Part shown: one piece after another, positions 29,386 through 40,202 of the stretch | Layout: each line of letters begins with the position of its first letter | Position numbering within the stretch: position 1 is the stretch's first letter | Assembly: GCA_016840085.1 (NCBI GenBank) | Contig: JAEOTA010000036.1 | Coordinates: 32,001 to 96,000 of the forward strand | DNA: 64,000 nt | Origin: Promethearchaeota archaeon | Lineage (GTDB): Archaea > Asgardarchaeota > Lokiarchaeia > Sigyniarchaeales > SOKP01 | Reading direction: 5' to 3' | Made by a program: the position numbers and the translations under genes | The notes under the pieces: model-generated | Seen by the model: only the letters and a program-made list of their open reading frames with translations | Databases searched by the model: none | What the model was told of the DNA's origin: nothing

Positions 29386-30225
29386 TTGAAAAAAATGTCA
29401 GAAAAAGAATTTAAAGATGTAATAGTAGAAAAGGATGAAGAAGGAAACTACGCTGTTATCTCTATAAACAGACCAGATAAATTGAATGCCCTAACAACTG
29501 ACACATTGAGGGAAATTTATGAAGCTATGGAACAATTTGAAATCGATAGTAACGTGAGATGTATTGTTCTTAGGGGCACTAAAAATGTTACTAAGAAACC
29601 CGCTTTTTCTGCTGGTGCAGATTTATCTGCGGGTATGGGAAAAGGTCTTAAACCTAATATTCCCGCACATATGGCTTTGTCTATGCAACAAAAACATAGG
29701 TATTACGCCCTAATTGAACAATTTCCAAAGCCTGTAATTGCTGCAGTAGATGGGTTTGCATTTGGAGGGGGTTGTGAATTAACTCTTGTATGTGATATTA
29801 TAATTGCTACTAAAAGGTCAGAATTCGGTTTTCCGGAAATTTTAAGAGGAATATTTCCCGCTAATGGGGGTACTCAAAGAATGGCTCGGCGTATTGGAGT
29901 GAATCGCGTATTGAATATGATTTATTTTGGAGACCGTATACCTGCAGAGAAAATGCTTGAATGGGGTCATGTCAGTTATCTATGTGATAATGGTGAAGAA
30001 TTTGAGAAACTTATTCATGAAAAAGCTTCATGGTTGGGAAATGCAGCTACAACTAGTTTATTTATTATTAAAAAAGCAATCAAGTTTGGAACTCAAGTAC
30101 CATTAAGTATTGGAAATAATTTTGAAATACTAGGCTTTGGAGTAAATGCGGGTTCTAAAGATGTTAATGAGGGTATTATGGCCTTTTTACAAAAACGAGA
30201 ACCAAAATTCACTGGTGGAATGTAA
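29386..30225 (+). CDS. Enoyl-CoA hydratase/isomerase
   Basis: NRPDKLNAL, FSAGADL, KPVIAAVDGFAFGGGCE, PEILRGIFPANGG. The true start may be the ATG at 29395. Confidence 0.95.
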   Translation: MKKMSEKEFKDVIVEKDEEGNYAVISINRPDKLNALTTDTLREIYEAMEQFEIDSNVRCIVLRGTKNVTKKPAFSAGADLSAGMGKGLKPNIPAHMALSMQQKHRYYALIEQFPKPVIAAVDGFAFGGGCELTLVCDIIIATKRSEFGFPEILRGIFPANGGTQRMARRIGVNRVLNMIYFGDRIPAEKMLEWGHVSYLCDNGEEFEKLIHEKASWLGNAATTSLFIIKKAIKFGTQVPLSIGNNFEILGFGVNAGSKDVNEGIMAFLQKREPKFTGGM

Positions 30226-30334
30226 AATATCATAATTCCTCTTTTTTCATTATTTTTTTTAATCCTTTTTTTTGATATATTTATAAATACAATTTATAAT
30301 TCTAAAGATATATATCCTCAATATTAATACTAGT

Positions 30335-30889
30335 ATGTATAACGCAGAGTTAATCGAAGAAATTAATGATGGCAATCTCTTTCTAAGAAAAATCTCTAAG
30401 CATGATGCTGAGTTTTTTTTCAACAGTTTAAATATCAATGATTTAACAACTTACTTATCATTAGGACCCCTAGCAACATTAGAATATTCAAAAAGACTCA
30501 TTAAGAATTACTTAAAATATTGGGATAATTATGCTCAATTCAATTATATTATTGAAGCAAAAGAAGAGGATAAAGAAAAAATAGGGTCAATAAGTCTATG
30601 GAATGTAAATTGGAGGCATATGAGAGCTGAAATTGGTATTTGGATTGTCCCTACCTTTTGGAATAAAGGATATGGGGAAAAATCTATAAATTTAATCAAA
30701 ATAATAGGATTCAATCACCTTAAATTAAATCGACTTGAGGCTCATATTGCTGTTGAAAATTTAAGGTCAATAACTCTTTTTAAAAAGTGTGATTTTTTAC
30801 AAGAAGGTGCCTTAACACAATATTTAAAATTTCAAGGGAAATATCACGATGCTGTAATCTTAGCTTGTACAAAAAGTAAAAAAGTTTAA
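30335..30889 (+). CDS. RimJ/RimL-type GNAT N-acetyltransferase
   Basis: AEIGIWI..FWNKGYG, LNRLEAHIAVENLRS, FLQEG. Confidence 0.9.
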   Translation: MYNAELIEEINDGNLFLRKISKHDAEFFFNSLNINDLTTYLSLGPLATLEYSKRLIKNYLKYWDNYAQFNYIIEAKEEDKEKIGSISLWNVNWRHMRAEIGIWIVPTFWNKGYGEKSINLIKIIGFNHLKLNRLEAHIAVENLRSITLFKKCDFLQEGALTQYLKFQGKYHDAVILACTKSKKV

Positions 30890-30900
30890 AATCATCTGAT

Positions 30901-33900
30901 TTATTTGCTTTCTTTAGATGATTTTTTGATTAAATTATCTAACTCTTCTTTTTTCTCTAATGATTTAGTTATCAATTCGTCAGAACCGATCTTCTTATCT
31001 ACTATTTTTGGAGTAGATTCAAGTGATTTTGTCTCTTTATCTGATAATTCAATTGGTTTGCCTCTACGGAGCATTAAATTTGTAGTTAATAACTGAGAGG
31101 TTTTAAGTATTTCTTTATTATACCTTCCCTTAAATGCGCTCTCATGACTTAAGATAGGAATTTCAGGAGCCTTTTCCTGACGTAATGTTCTTCGATATTT
31201 TCTCACTTTTCGTACAGGTTTAGGATATTTTAATATTCGTTGGTAAAGTATTATGTAGGTTGCTAAAACTCCAGCACCAATACAAGCTAAAATAAATAAT
31301 GCTTGGAATAGAACTGATTCTTTCACAGGAATATAAACATCATAAGAAATCCATAAGTTTACATTGTCAATTGATATTTTGATATTCTCTCTTAACGCAA
31401 ACTCATCTGCAAGATATATTTGGATTGAAAGATTAATTTCTTTGTCATTTGGAATAATTTTACCTACATTAAATCCATTTTCTGTAGCATTCTTAAAGGA
31501 TGTTTCTGCTTCACTTAATCTAACTGTTTCATTATGTTCAACATCATTTATAGAAATTTTAAATCTAGAATTTGGTGATAAATCTGAAGACCAGATTTGA
31601 TCCAATTTATATTCGAAATTGAGTTGGGCATCTATTACTTCCACTCTATACCCATTCGCTTCAATCTTTTTACCAGCGTATTTCCATGTTGCAGTACTAA
31701 ATTGATTAATCTTTTTTTCATAAGATATTGATAAAGAGTAATTTTTAATTATCATCATTTGCCAATCGTCTGAATCTTCTGGATGACCACTATCTTCACA
31801 CCAAAAATACATGCCTAATGTAATCGCAAAATTCTGATGATCATATTGTAAAGCCTGCTCAAGATAAAAAATTAAGGTCTCCTCATTAATAGGAACAATG
31901 AGGGTATCATTTAATTGAGTAATTGCAGGAGGTCCATCTTTACCTAAATCATCAGTTTGATATTGAGCGGCAATAAATTCTCTATTCCGATCAATATCTG
32001 AAATTATGATAAAATACCTAGCAAAGTCTCCAGTAGCTATCTGAACTGTCGTACCTCCAGCTAATGTATCTCCAGGACGATCTATACCACCTCCATTTAC
32101 TGGACTATCATCAACAGTTCCATTAATCCAGGTTTTTAATGATGCAGAAGTAATATAATAATCAGACATATTTATAGGCATTGTAAAATTTTTCCTCCAT
32201 TGAACTTTAACTGACTGAGGTTCATTATCTGGCCAAAAAAAGTAAGCATACCATCCTCTTTCATCCATACCAGAACCACCAATAGAAAAATAATCAGGAA
32301 GTACAATGTTATCTTCATTTTGGAGTTTTGTCCAGTTAGAACTGGTACCATCTTCATAAAATTCTTGTGTTCCATAATCTCCTACAATTTCATAGTTTCC
32401 AACACCATTACTTATATCCAACGATAAATCTGATAAATCTCCCTTCATAAACATTGACCAATTATCACTTGTATCAAAATTGGGGTTTTCAATCCATTGT
32501 TCATGGTAAGAGACTTTTTTAAATAAATTAGAGTCTCCAACCTGGAGCAAATTTAGCTTTGCTATTCTTTCTTGGACTATAAATGAATTAGAAAACAAAT
32601 ATCCATAAATCGGAATAAAGAGCAAACCAATAATAATCATAAAAACAAACACAAGCTTTTTAGAAAGTTCTAGGTTATCCTTCATTGAATTTGATTTTTG
32701 TTTTTTTGGCATTGTTTTTGTAGTATATTTTAAATTTGCTAAATTTGAAGTTTTCTTTAATTCCTTCTTGTAATTTGAGTTGAAAGAATTTTCACGACTT
32801 TTTATAGTAGTATGTGGTGACTCTTTTTTATTGAGAGTTTTACGATATTTTCGTACTTTTCTTACTTGTTTAGGAAATCTTAAAATCATTCTATAATAAA
32901 TAAAATATCCTCCCAATAAAACAGATCCTATTAACGCTCCAATTAGTAATCCTATAAAAAGGGTATTTTCCTTAGCGGGAAGGAAAATATCATATGATAT
33001 AGTTAACATTACATTATCTATACTAATTGTTAGATCTTCAACTAAATTAAACTCATCTGCAAGAAATATTTGTATAGAGAGATTTATCTCATCATTATTT
33101 GGAATTAAATTGCCCACTTCAAAACCTTCTGTTTTTGCTGGTATAAAATTTTCTTCAGCATACTTTAATCCAATAGTTTCAGTATGTTCTTTATCGTTTA
33201 TTAAAATTCTAATTTCTGAATTTGGTGATAAGTTAGTCGGCCAATCTTTATTAATTTTATAATCAAAATGTAAATTTGCATCATTTATTTCAACAATACC
33301 CCCCCTACTCTCAATTTTATTTCCAAGATATTTCCATGATACTGAGGTTAATCGATTAATTTTCTTGATATATGAAATTGTAAAATTACAGGATTTAATA
33401 TAGGCTTCAGTAAATTCGTCTAAGTCAGTGCTGCAATTGTCTTCACAGTTGAATTCAATCCCTAATATGATAATGAAGTTTTGAAAATCTCCATTTTCTA
33501 AAACTTGGTTTAAAAAGAAAATGAGATCCTCCATGTCATCAGCTTCAAATACCATATCATTTAAATAATCATAAGTGTCATTAATTTCTGCCCCATCTTG
33601 TCCTAAAGTAGTAGTTTGGTATTGAGCTACTTGATATTTAACATCTTTATTTAAATTTGAAAGCCTCACATAAAATTTAATAAAATCACCTTCAATAAAT
33701 CGAATTACACCATTGGTATCACCAACTGCTTCAACACCTTCCCAATGCCACACATCTCCACTTCCACACCCTACAAAAGCTTTAGCAGTTGCATTAATCA
33801 TGACCTGTAATGATGCAGAAGTTATTGTATAGTCTGACATATTATGAGGTATGTTTATAACCTTTTCCCATTGAACACTAGTTCTTTGATATGCATTTGT

Positions 33901-34401
33901 GGTAGCTTCATCATGTTCGGCCCATAAATGGGAAGCAAAGCAACCAGATTCATCAATTCTATGTCCTTGAGTGGGATACACAGGAATTTCTGGATTTGTA
34001 GTATTATGCCAATCTTCTGATGCTGATGAATTAGGGGTTCCTGATATCAATGTTTTTGTATAGCTTGCTCCTTTTACATTGAAGTTCGCAACTCCCGAAC
34101 TAATGTCAGTATTAACATCAGTGACATCTCCAGTTATTTCGGATATCCAATCTGTACTATTATTAAAATCTGAATTTTTAATCCATTGATCTTCATAAGT
34201 TCTTTTAGACAACTGAGCTGCTGAAATATGTAGATCATTTTGGATTTCAAATTCATTATTGTAAAAATTGTTAATAGAATAAAAATATGCTTTTTGATTT
34301 TTACCTACAATTATCATAAATATATTTAGGGATAGAATGAACACAAAAATAATAATAAGGAGATATTTTATATTTTTCAGGCCTTTACTTTTCGACTTCA
34401 A
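30901..34401 (-). CDS. Large internally duplicated membrane/surface protein, 2 x [TM - beta-rich ectodomain - TM - basic cytoplasmic motif]
   Basis: Four hydrophobic segments. Two homologous ~420-aa domains (WIxNxxF...MSDYxITSASL...CED...SPNS...LADEF...SIDNV). VRKVRKYR occurs twice. Confidence 0.8.
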   Translation of the reverse strand: MKSKSKGLKNIKYLLIIIFVFILSLNIFMIIVGKNQKAYFYSINNFYNNEFEIQNDLHISAAQLSKRTYEDQWIKNSDFNNSTDWISEITGDVTDVNTDISSGVANFNVKGASYTKTLISGTPNSSASEDWHNTTNPEIPVYPTQGHRIDESGCFASHLWAEHDEATTNAYQRTSVQWEKVINIPHNMSDYTITSASLQVMINATAKAFVGCGSGDVWHWEGVEAVGDTNGVIRFIEGDFIKFYVRLSNLNKDVKYQVAQYQTTTLGQDGAEINDTYDYLNDMVFEADDMEDLIFFLNQVLENGDFQNFIIILGIEFNCEDNCSTDLDEFTEAYIKSCNFTISYIKKINRLTSVSWKYLGNKIESRGGIVEINDANLHFDYKINKDWPTNLSPNSEIRILINDKEHTETIGLKYAEENFIPAKTEGFEVGNLIPNNDEINLSIQIFLADEFNLVEDLTISIDNVMLTISYDIFLPAKENTLFIGLLIGALIGSVLLGGYFIYYRMILRFPKQVRKVRKYRKTLNKKESPHTTIKSRENSFNSNYKKELKKTSNLANLKYTTKTMPKKQKSNSMKDNLELSKKLVFVFMIIIGLLFIPIYGYLFSNSFIVQERIAKLNLLQVGDSNLFKKVSYHEQWIENPNFDTSDNWSMFMKGDLSDLSLDISNGVGNYEIVGDYGTQEFYEDGTSSNWTKLQNEDNIVLPDYFSIGGSGMDERGWYAYFFWPDNEPQSVKVQWRKNFTMPINMSDYYITSASLKTWINGTVDDSPVNGGGIDRPGDTLAGGTTVQIATGDFARYFIIISDIDRNREFIAAQYQTDDLGKDGPPAITQLNDTLIVPINEETLIFYLEQALQYDHQNFAITLGMYFWCEDSGHPEDSDDWQMMIIKNYSLSISYEKKINQFSTATWKYAGKKIEANGYRVEVIDAQLNFEYKLDQIWSSDLSPNSRFKISINDVEHNETVRLSEAETSFKNATENGFNVGKIIPNDKEINLSIQIYLADEFALRENIKISIDNVNLWISYDVYIPVKESVLFQALFILACIGAGVLATYIILYQRILKYPKPVRKVRKYRRTLRQEKAPEIPILSHESAFKGRYNKEILKTSQLLTTNLMLRRGKPIELSDKETKSLESTPKIVDKKIGSDELITKSLEKKEELDNLIKKSSKESK

Positions 34402-34602
34402 ATCTGAAATTTACTTCTAAATTGAATGATAATATATTCTAAAATCCTATAACTTTTAAATAAGTAACTAAGGAAACTATGATATATAATTTAAATTATA
34501 TGTATTTAGAATTATTTCAAATAATATGTTTTTTAAAATATAGAATAAGTAGAATAAAAATTAATTGAAGTTTATTATTATTCGTACTTGTTAATCCTTT
34601 GT

Positions 34603-37600
34603 TTAAGTATCCAACCTCTTCTTTGAGGATTGATCGACTAGCTCATCTAATTCCTCCTTTTTCTCAATTGATTTGTCAATGAGCTTATCCGATTCCATTT
34701 CTTGCTCCAACTTTTTGGTTTTAACCTTGTCAGGAATTTCTTTTTGTTCAGTTGTTTTTATTTTCGGTTGTGTCCGCTTCAATTTGATATCACTAGGAAA
34801 TGATCCTACCTCTTTATTATAGATTGACTTAAAAGCAGCTTCTCTCCCGACAATACCTATAGACGGCATTTCTTTTTTTCTAAGAGTCTTTCTATATTTT
34901 CGAACCTTTCTAACGGGTCTTGGATATTTTAAGTATTTTTGATAAGCAATAAGATAACTTACTAAACCTACTGCGATTACTACAGACAAAATAAATAGAG
35001 CTTGAAATAATATGGTAGCAGCTTCAGCTTTTCTTACTGCTAAAACTGTTATCTCATAATCTTGAATATCATAATCATCACCAGCAAAAGCAGAAATTGT
35101 GATCGTAAAAGTACCCTGCGGAACATTTTCAATAGTAGCTTCATATATACCATCATTATCAGGATCTGTGAGAATTCCATCACCATTCTCCCAACTATAT
35201 GTTACTATAACGCCTTTGATTAACACTCCTAAATCAGTATTATTGAGATTTATTTTTAAAGTAATGTCATTTCCCGCTTCAGTGTCTATTCTGTCTGACC
35301 CAGATACAGTTGAGATATCAATGTTAAACTTTCTAATATAGAGTCTTATAACAGCAAATTCAGTTTGATGAATTATATGCTGAGCTTCGATTGTTAAATA
35401 ATTAAGACCGATTTTTAATCTATCAGAGGTATTAATAAGGGTTGTATATTGCTTGAAAATTGAATTCTCATCTAAATCTTTTGTTATTCCTTCGGATAGC
35501 AGTTTTACTGTAGCATTAGGAACATGAGTCCCCATAGAGTCACTATATTTTACAGTAATATTTAATTCCTCTCCGATTCTAAGTTCAGTCTCTGGATCGA
35601 GAGTCTTATTTTCATTATTTAAGAATACCTGAAGGCCTTTTGTATCAAATTTGATAATAGATATTATTGGGGTTACTAACATACTGACATAATCCTCTGC
35701 ATAAGCCGTGATTGTCAGAAAATTAACGCCAATATTGGATATATCAGTATCTATAATAATAGAATATTGTCCAAATGTTTCATTTTCCTTCAAAATTCCT
35801 GTAAAATTGCCTGATAGTGAAACTGTAGCATTAGGGATATGTAGACCTGTTTCATTAAGATATTTTATAGTTATATTTAACGGTTCCCCTACATATAATT
35901 CAAAATTTGGATCTAAAGTTTTATTTTCCTTATTTAAAAAGAGTTGAAGGCTTGATTCTTGAGGTGGAAAAATTATTGTATAAGTAATATTGAGGCTAAC
36001 ATCATCTATAGAGATAGTAATGTTGCGGTCAAGTCTGAATTCATCTGTAAGATAAAGCTGAATTGAGACATTAACATCATCTGTTATCAGATGTGTAACA
36101 TCAAATCCATCTAATTTTCCCTCTTGAAATGTTTCATTAGCACTACTCAGTTTTACAGTTTCAGTATGGGGATTATTATTAATTAAAACCCTTAATTCTG
36201 AATTAGGAGATAATTCAGTCCAATTTTGATCTATCATATATTTGAATTTAAGTATTGCTTCATTAACAACAACAGGATCACTACTAATATCACTTATTTT
36301 TTCGGCATCTTGATTCCACGATACAGAGGTAAATTGATCAATCTTTTTCTCATAACTCAATGTAAAATTGCATGATTTAAATCGAAGTGAGTCCCAAGTG
36401 TCCCTATCACCTTGACCATTATCCGCACAATATATTCTCATTCCTAAAGTTAGTGTAAAATTTTGATGGTCGGGATCGTTCTCTAAAACGGTATTTAAAT
36501 ATGAGATTAAACTCTCCTCTGGTCTTGTAAAAATTTCTGTATCTGTTATAGTAGAGATAGGAGGAGAGTCTTGCCCTAGGTTAGTTGTTTGATTATATGC
36601 CGCTTCAAACACCTCATTTTTTTCTAAATCTGATATTAAAACATAAAACCTTACATAATCATATTCCCTTGCAAAATCAGGATCAGACCCGTCAATTGTA
36701 TCACCCTCTACGTCTACACCACCTCGGTAAAGAGGCCCAGTTCCAACAGTTGTGACAGAAGCATTTATCTCAGCACTCAATGAAACTGATGTAATAATAT
36801 AATCTGACATATTAACCGGTAAAGTAATATTATTATCCCAATGAATACTTACGGTTTGGTAAGGATCGTCGGGATCTATCCAAGTATGAGATACATGACA
36901 ACCATACTCATCGATTTCATTAAAATCAGGTAATGCTGGAAAATCTGGATTAGTAACATTTAGCCAATCTGCTGAAGATGGTAACCCTGAGATTTCTGAG
37001 AACGTTCCATTATCACCTATAACTGTCATATTAGCAAATTCATCGACAACGCTTAACTCTGCATTTACATCATTGGTATCTCCTAAATCTCCATAAGATG
37101 CATACCAAATGGAATCTGTTAGATTAAAAGATGTGTTATTAAGCCATTCTTTTGTATTAGTTTTTTGACCAGATATTCCTATCCTACTTGGGCTATCATC
37201 TCTTAGAGAATCTAATGAATTTATTGAATTTTGGCTTATATAAAGACTAATGATAAAAGAACTTAATAGTAAAATGGTTATAATTAAAATAGACATAAAT
37301 CGACTAATTTTTTTTGGTTTTAAAACACCAAATCTTAATTTTCTTAATTTAATCAATTTTTGTTTACCATAGGATTTTTGTTTATCAAAACCTTTGCTAC
37401 TTGTATTTAATTTTGAATCATTTTTACTTTTAGATCCTGTATTTAATTTAGGTTTTTCTATATTTTTTACAGGAGTTTTTTGTTCTTCTGACTTTTTAAC
37501 AGAGGGTTTTCCTTTTATAAATCTTGATGTTTTATTTAATTCTTCTTGATATTCAGAGTTAAAGGTTTTTTCACGAGTTTTTATTACCATACTAGGTGCT

Positions 37601-40062
37601 CTTTTTTTTCTCAGAGTTTTTCTATATTTACGAACTTTTCTAACTTGTCTTGGATATTTCAAGATTTTCTGATAAGCATAAATATAACCACCGATTACTA
37701 CAGAAGCTATAATCCCTATTATTAATAATATTTGAAAAAGAAGCACATTTTGTTTTGGTCTTAAAGCATTAATTATTATCTCATAACTTTTGAAACTATA
37801 TATATCACTCCCAAAAGCGCTAATATTAACTGAATGCGTTCCGACAGGCACATTATTAAGTATCACTTCATATATTCCATCATTATCATCATCTTTTAAA
37901 AGTCCATCTCCAAATTCCCATGTATAAGTGACAGTTAATCCTTTGATGATTTTATTAAAATCTGTATCATTAATGAAAACACTAATTGTAGCGCTTTTTC
38001 CTGGTCTAATATTTATATTATTTGATCCAGTTGTAGATGTAATTTCTGTGTTTATTTTTCTTACTGTTATTTTTGGATTGATACTTTCTTCTTGATACCT
38101 TTCTTTTTCAGCATTTATTAGTAAATCATTAAGTCCTAATCGAAATTTTATTGATGTATTGATTAGAATTGTATATTGCTCAAAATTCAAATTTTCCTCT
38201 AAATCTTCTAAAAGTCCTTCCCCAACTAGTTGTACTGTGGCACCTGGAATATGATCTCCAGTGGTATCTTCATACTTTACGGTTATATTTAATAATTTAT
38301 TGAGAGGTACATTTAAGAAAGGAAATAATGTCTTTTCTTCTCCATCCAAAAAAATTTGTAAACTTTCGGAATTGATTTTAGAAACTGTTAATAAAGCACC
38401 AACTTTTTGAGCTTCATAATTTATTCTATGTGCCACTATATCAAAATATATTTCTCCTATAGGCAAATCTTCTGTATCAAGGATAATCGTATATTGTTCC
38501 AAAGTCTCATTCTCTTGTAGAGAACCCGTAAGATTTCCAGTTAATTCTACAATAGCTTGCGGAATATGGAAACCATATTCATCAGGATATTTGACAGTGA
38601 TGTTTAAATCTGTTTTAGCGGGTATTTGAAATATTGGATTATTAGTTTTATTTACACCATTAAAAAATACTTGTAAATTTGTTTGTGTGTCTGGAAACGT
38701 AACTGTATAAGTTATATTCAAATAAACATCATCTATTGATATAATTTTCTTACCACCCAAATTAAATTCATCTGCGAGATATACTTCAATCGATAAATTA
38801 AGTTTAATATCTGGTAGAGTCAATGAAGTCACATCAAATCCACCTTCTTTTGCTAATTGAAAGCTAGAGGTAGCCTTACTAAGTTTTATTGTCTCTGTAA
38901 GTTTGTTATTATTAATGAAAATCCTAAATTCGGAATTAGGGGATAAATTTGTCCAATTTTCATTAATTTTATACTTAAAATTTAGTTTAGCTTCATTAAT
39001 GGTGACTGTCGTTCCATCCACAGTAGTATTTATTTTATCTCCATCTTGGTTCCATGAAATAGAATTAAATTGATCTATTTTTTTTTCATATGTAAATGAT
39101 AAATTACAACTTTTAATTAATACATCTTGCCAATTATCTTCATCCCAGTCCTCGGGGGGAAGACCAGGTGAATTATCTTCACACCATAATCTTATTCCTA
39201 AGGTAATCGTAAAATTTTTATCATCAGTATTTAAAACTGAAGTAAGATATTCAATTAATTTATCCTGAGGTACATTATCTAAATAGGTATTATAAAGATA
39301 ATCCCAAGATCCAGCACTATCATCTCCTAAATCTGTTGATTGATAAGCAGCAACCTCATAAACTTTATTTTTAGGGATATCAGAAAATAATACATAAAAT
39401 CTAACATAATCATATGTCGCACCAATAACATTACTATCACCAAAAACATCAATTCCTCCATTGTCATAATCAATTGCTTGTACAGTAGCATTGACAAGAG
39501 TGCTTAATGACACAGATGTAATTATATAATCTGACATATTAACAGGCATATTAACATTCCTTTCCCAATGAACACTCGGGGCTTGGTCAGATTTTTCATC
39601 CCAATAATGAGAAACATAACATCCCTCATCAGCAATTATTGTTGCAGTATCTGGAAAATCAGGAAAGTCAGGATTATTTACTCTCACCCAATCTGTAGAA
39701 GAAGGCGTTCCTGCGATATCAGAGAAAATATGTGTCTCTCCTAAAATTTCATAATTAACTTGACCAGAACCAGAAGTAGCATTTATATCAGATAAATCAC
39801 CTATTAAACTTGGATACCAAGTAGGCTCTATTGGATCTTCAAATGTAGGATTTTTGTACCAAACAGTAGTAAGGATTTCTTGAGCTGATAATTTAGGATT
39901 TTTTGTTTTATATAAGTTATCTTTCTCGGATACCTCATCCAATGTAAAATAATTATTTTGATTATATTTTGAAATTAAGATAAAAGAATTAACTAATAGT
40001 ATAGATGAAAATAGGATGAAAACTAGAAAATACTTTTTTTTAATTTTTATCGAAGCCAACAC
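34603..40062 (-). CDS. Giant paralogous surface protein, 2 x [TM - ectodomain - 3 Ig-like repeats - TM - basic cytoplasmic motif]
   Basis: Same ectodomain motifs twice. LNIT(V/I)KY...HIP.A.V.L repeats, DNDGIYE motifs, KYPRxVRKVRKYRKTL twice. Confidence 0.8.
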   Translation of the reverse strand: MLASIKIKKKYFLVFILFSSILLVNSFILISKYNQNNYFTLDEVSEKDNLYKTKNPKLSAQEILTTVWYKNPTFEDPIEPTWYPSLIGDLSDINATSGSGQVNYEILGETHIFSDIAGTPSSTDWVRVNNPDFPDFPDTATIIADEGCYVSHYWDEKSDQAPSVHWERNVNMPVNMSDYIITSVSLSTLVNATVQAIDYDNGGIDVFGDSNVIGATYDYVRFYVLFSDIPKNKVYEVAAYQSTDLGDDSAGSWDYLYNTYLDNVPQDKLIEYLTSVLNTDDKNFTITLGIRLWCEDNSPGLPPEDWDEDNWQDVLIKSCNLSFTYEKKIDQFNSISWNQDGDKINTTVDGTTVTINEAKLNFKYKINENWTNLSPNSEFRIFINNNKLTETIKLSKATSSFQLAKEGGFDVTSLTLPDIKLNLSIEVYLADEFNLGGKKIISIDDVYLNITYTVTFPDTQTNLQVFFNGVNKTNNPIFQIPAKTDLNITVKYPDEYGFHIPQAIVELTGNLTGSLQENETLEQYTIILDTEDLPIGEIYFDIVAHRINYEAQKVGALLTVSKINSESLQIFLDGEEKTLFPFLNVPLNKLLNITVKYEDTTGDHIPGATVQLVGEGLLEDLEENLNFEQYTILINTSIKFRLGLNDLLINAEKERYQEESINPKITVRKINTEITSTTGSNNINIRPGKSATISVFINDTDFNKIIKGLTVTYTWEFGDGLLKDDDNDGIYEVILNNVPVGTHSVNISAFGSDIYSFKSYEIIINALRPKQNVLLFQILLIIGIIASVVIGGYIYAYQKILKYPRQVRKVRKYRKTLRKKRAPSMVIKTREKTFNSEYQEELNKTSRFIKGKPSVKKSEEQKTPVKNIEKPKLNTGSKSKNDSKLNTSSKGFDKQKSYGKQKLIKLRKLRFGVLKPKKISRFMSILIITILLLSSFIISLYISQNSINSLDSLRDDSPSRIGISGQKTNTKEWLNNTSFNLTDSIWYASYGDLGDTNDVNAELSVVDEFANMTVIGDNGTFSEISGLPSSADWLNVTNPDFPALPDFNEIDEYGCHVSHTWIDPDDPYQTVSIHWDNNITLPVNMSDYIITSVSLSAEINASVTTVGTGPLYRGGVDVEGDTIDGSDPDFAREYDYVRFYVLISDLEKNEVFEAAYNQTTNLGQDSPPISTITDTEIFTRPEESLISYLNTVLENDPDHQNFTLTLGMRIYCADNGQGDRDTWDSLRFKSCNFTLSYEKKIDQFTSVSWNQDAEKISDISSDPVVVNEAILKFKYMIDQNWTELSPNSELRVLINNNPHTETVKLSSANETFQEGKLDGFDVTHLITDDVNVSIQLYLTDEFRLDRNITISIDDVSLNITYTIIFPPQESSLQLFLNKENKTLDPNFELYVGEPLNITIKYLNETGLHIPNATVSLSGNFTGILKENETFGQYSIIIDTDISNIGVNFLTITAYAEDYVSMLVTPIISIIKFDTKGLQVFLNNENKTLDPETELRIGEELNITVKYSDSMGTHVPNATVKLLSEGITKDLDENSIFKQYTTLINTSDRLKIGLNYLTIEAQHIIHQTEFAVIRLYIRKFNIDISTVSGSDRIDTEAGNDITLKINLNNTDLGVLIKGVIVTYSWENGDGILTDPDNDGIYEATIENVPQGTFTITISAFAGDDYDIQDYEITVLAVRKAEAATILFQALFILSVVIAVGLVSYLIAYQKYLKYPRPVRKVRKYRKTLRKKEMPSIGIVGREAAFKSIYNKEVGSFPSDIKLKRTQPKIKTTEQKEIPDKVKTKKLEQEMESDKLIDKSIEKKEELDELVDQSSKKRLDT

Positions 40063-40202
40063 TAATCAACCTCTCATCATTACCATAATATATATTTTTA
40101 AATCCAAAATAGGATAAATTTAATTTAATAAGTTACTTAAGAAATTATAATATATATTTTAATTACTGAAATTTTATAAATAAATTTAAGAGGAATTTAA
40201 AA

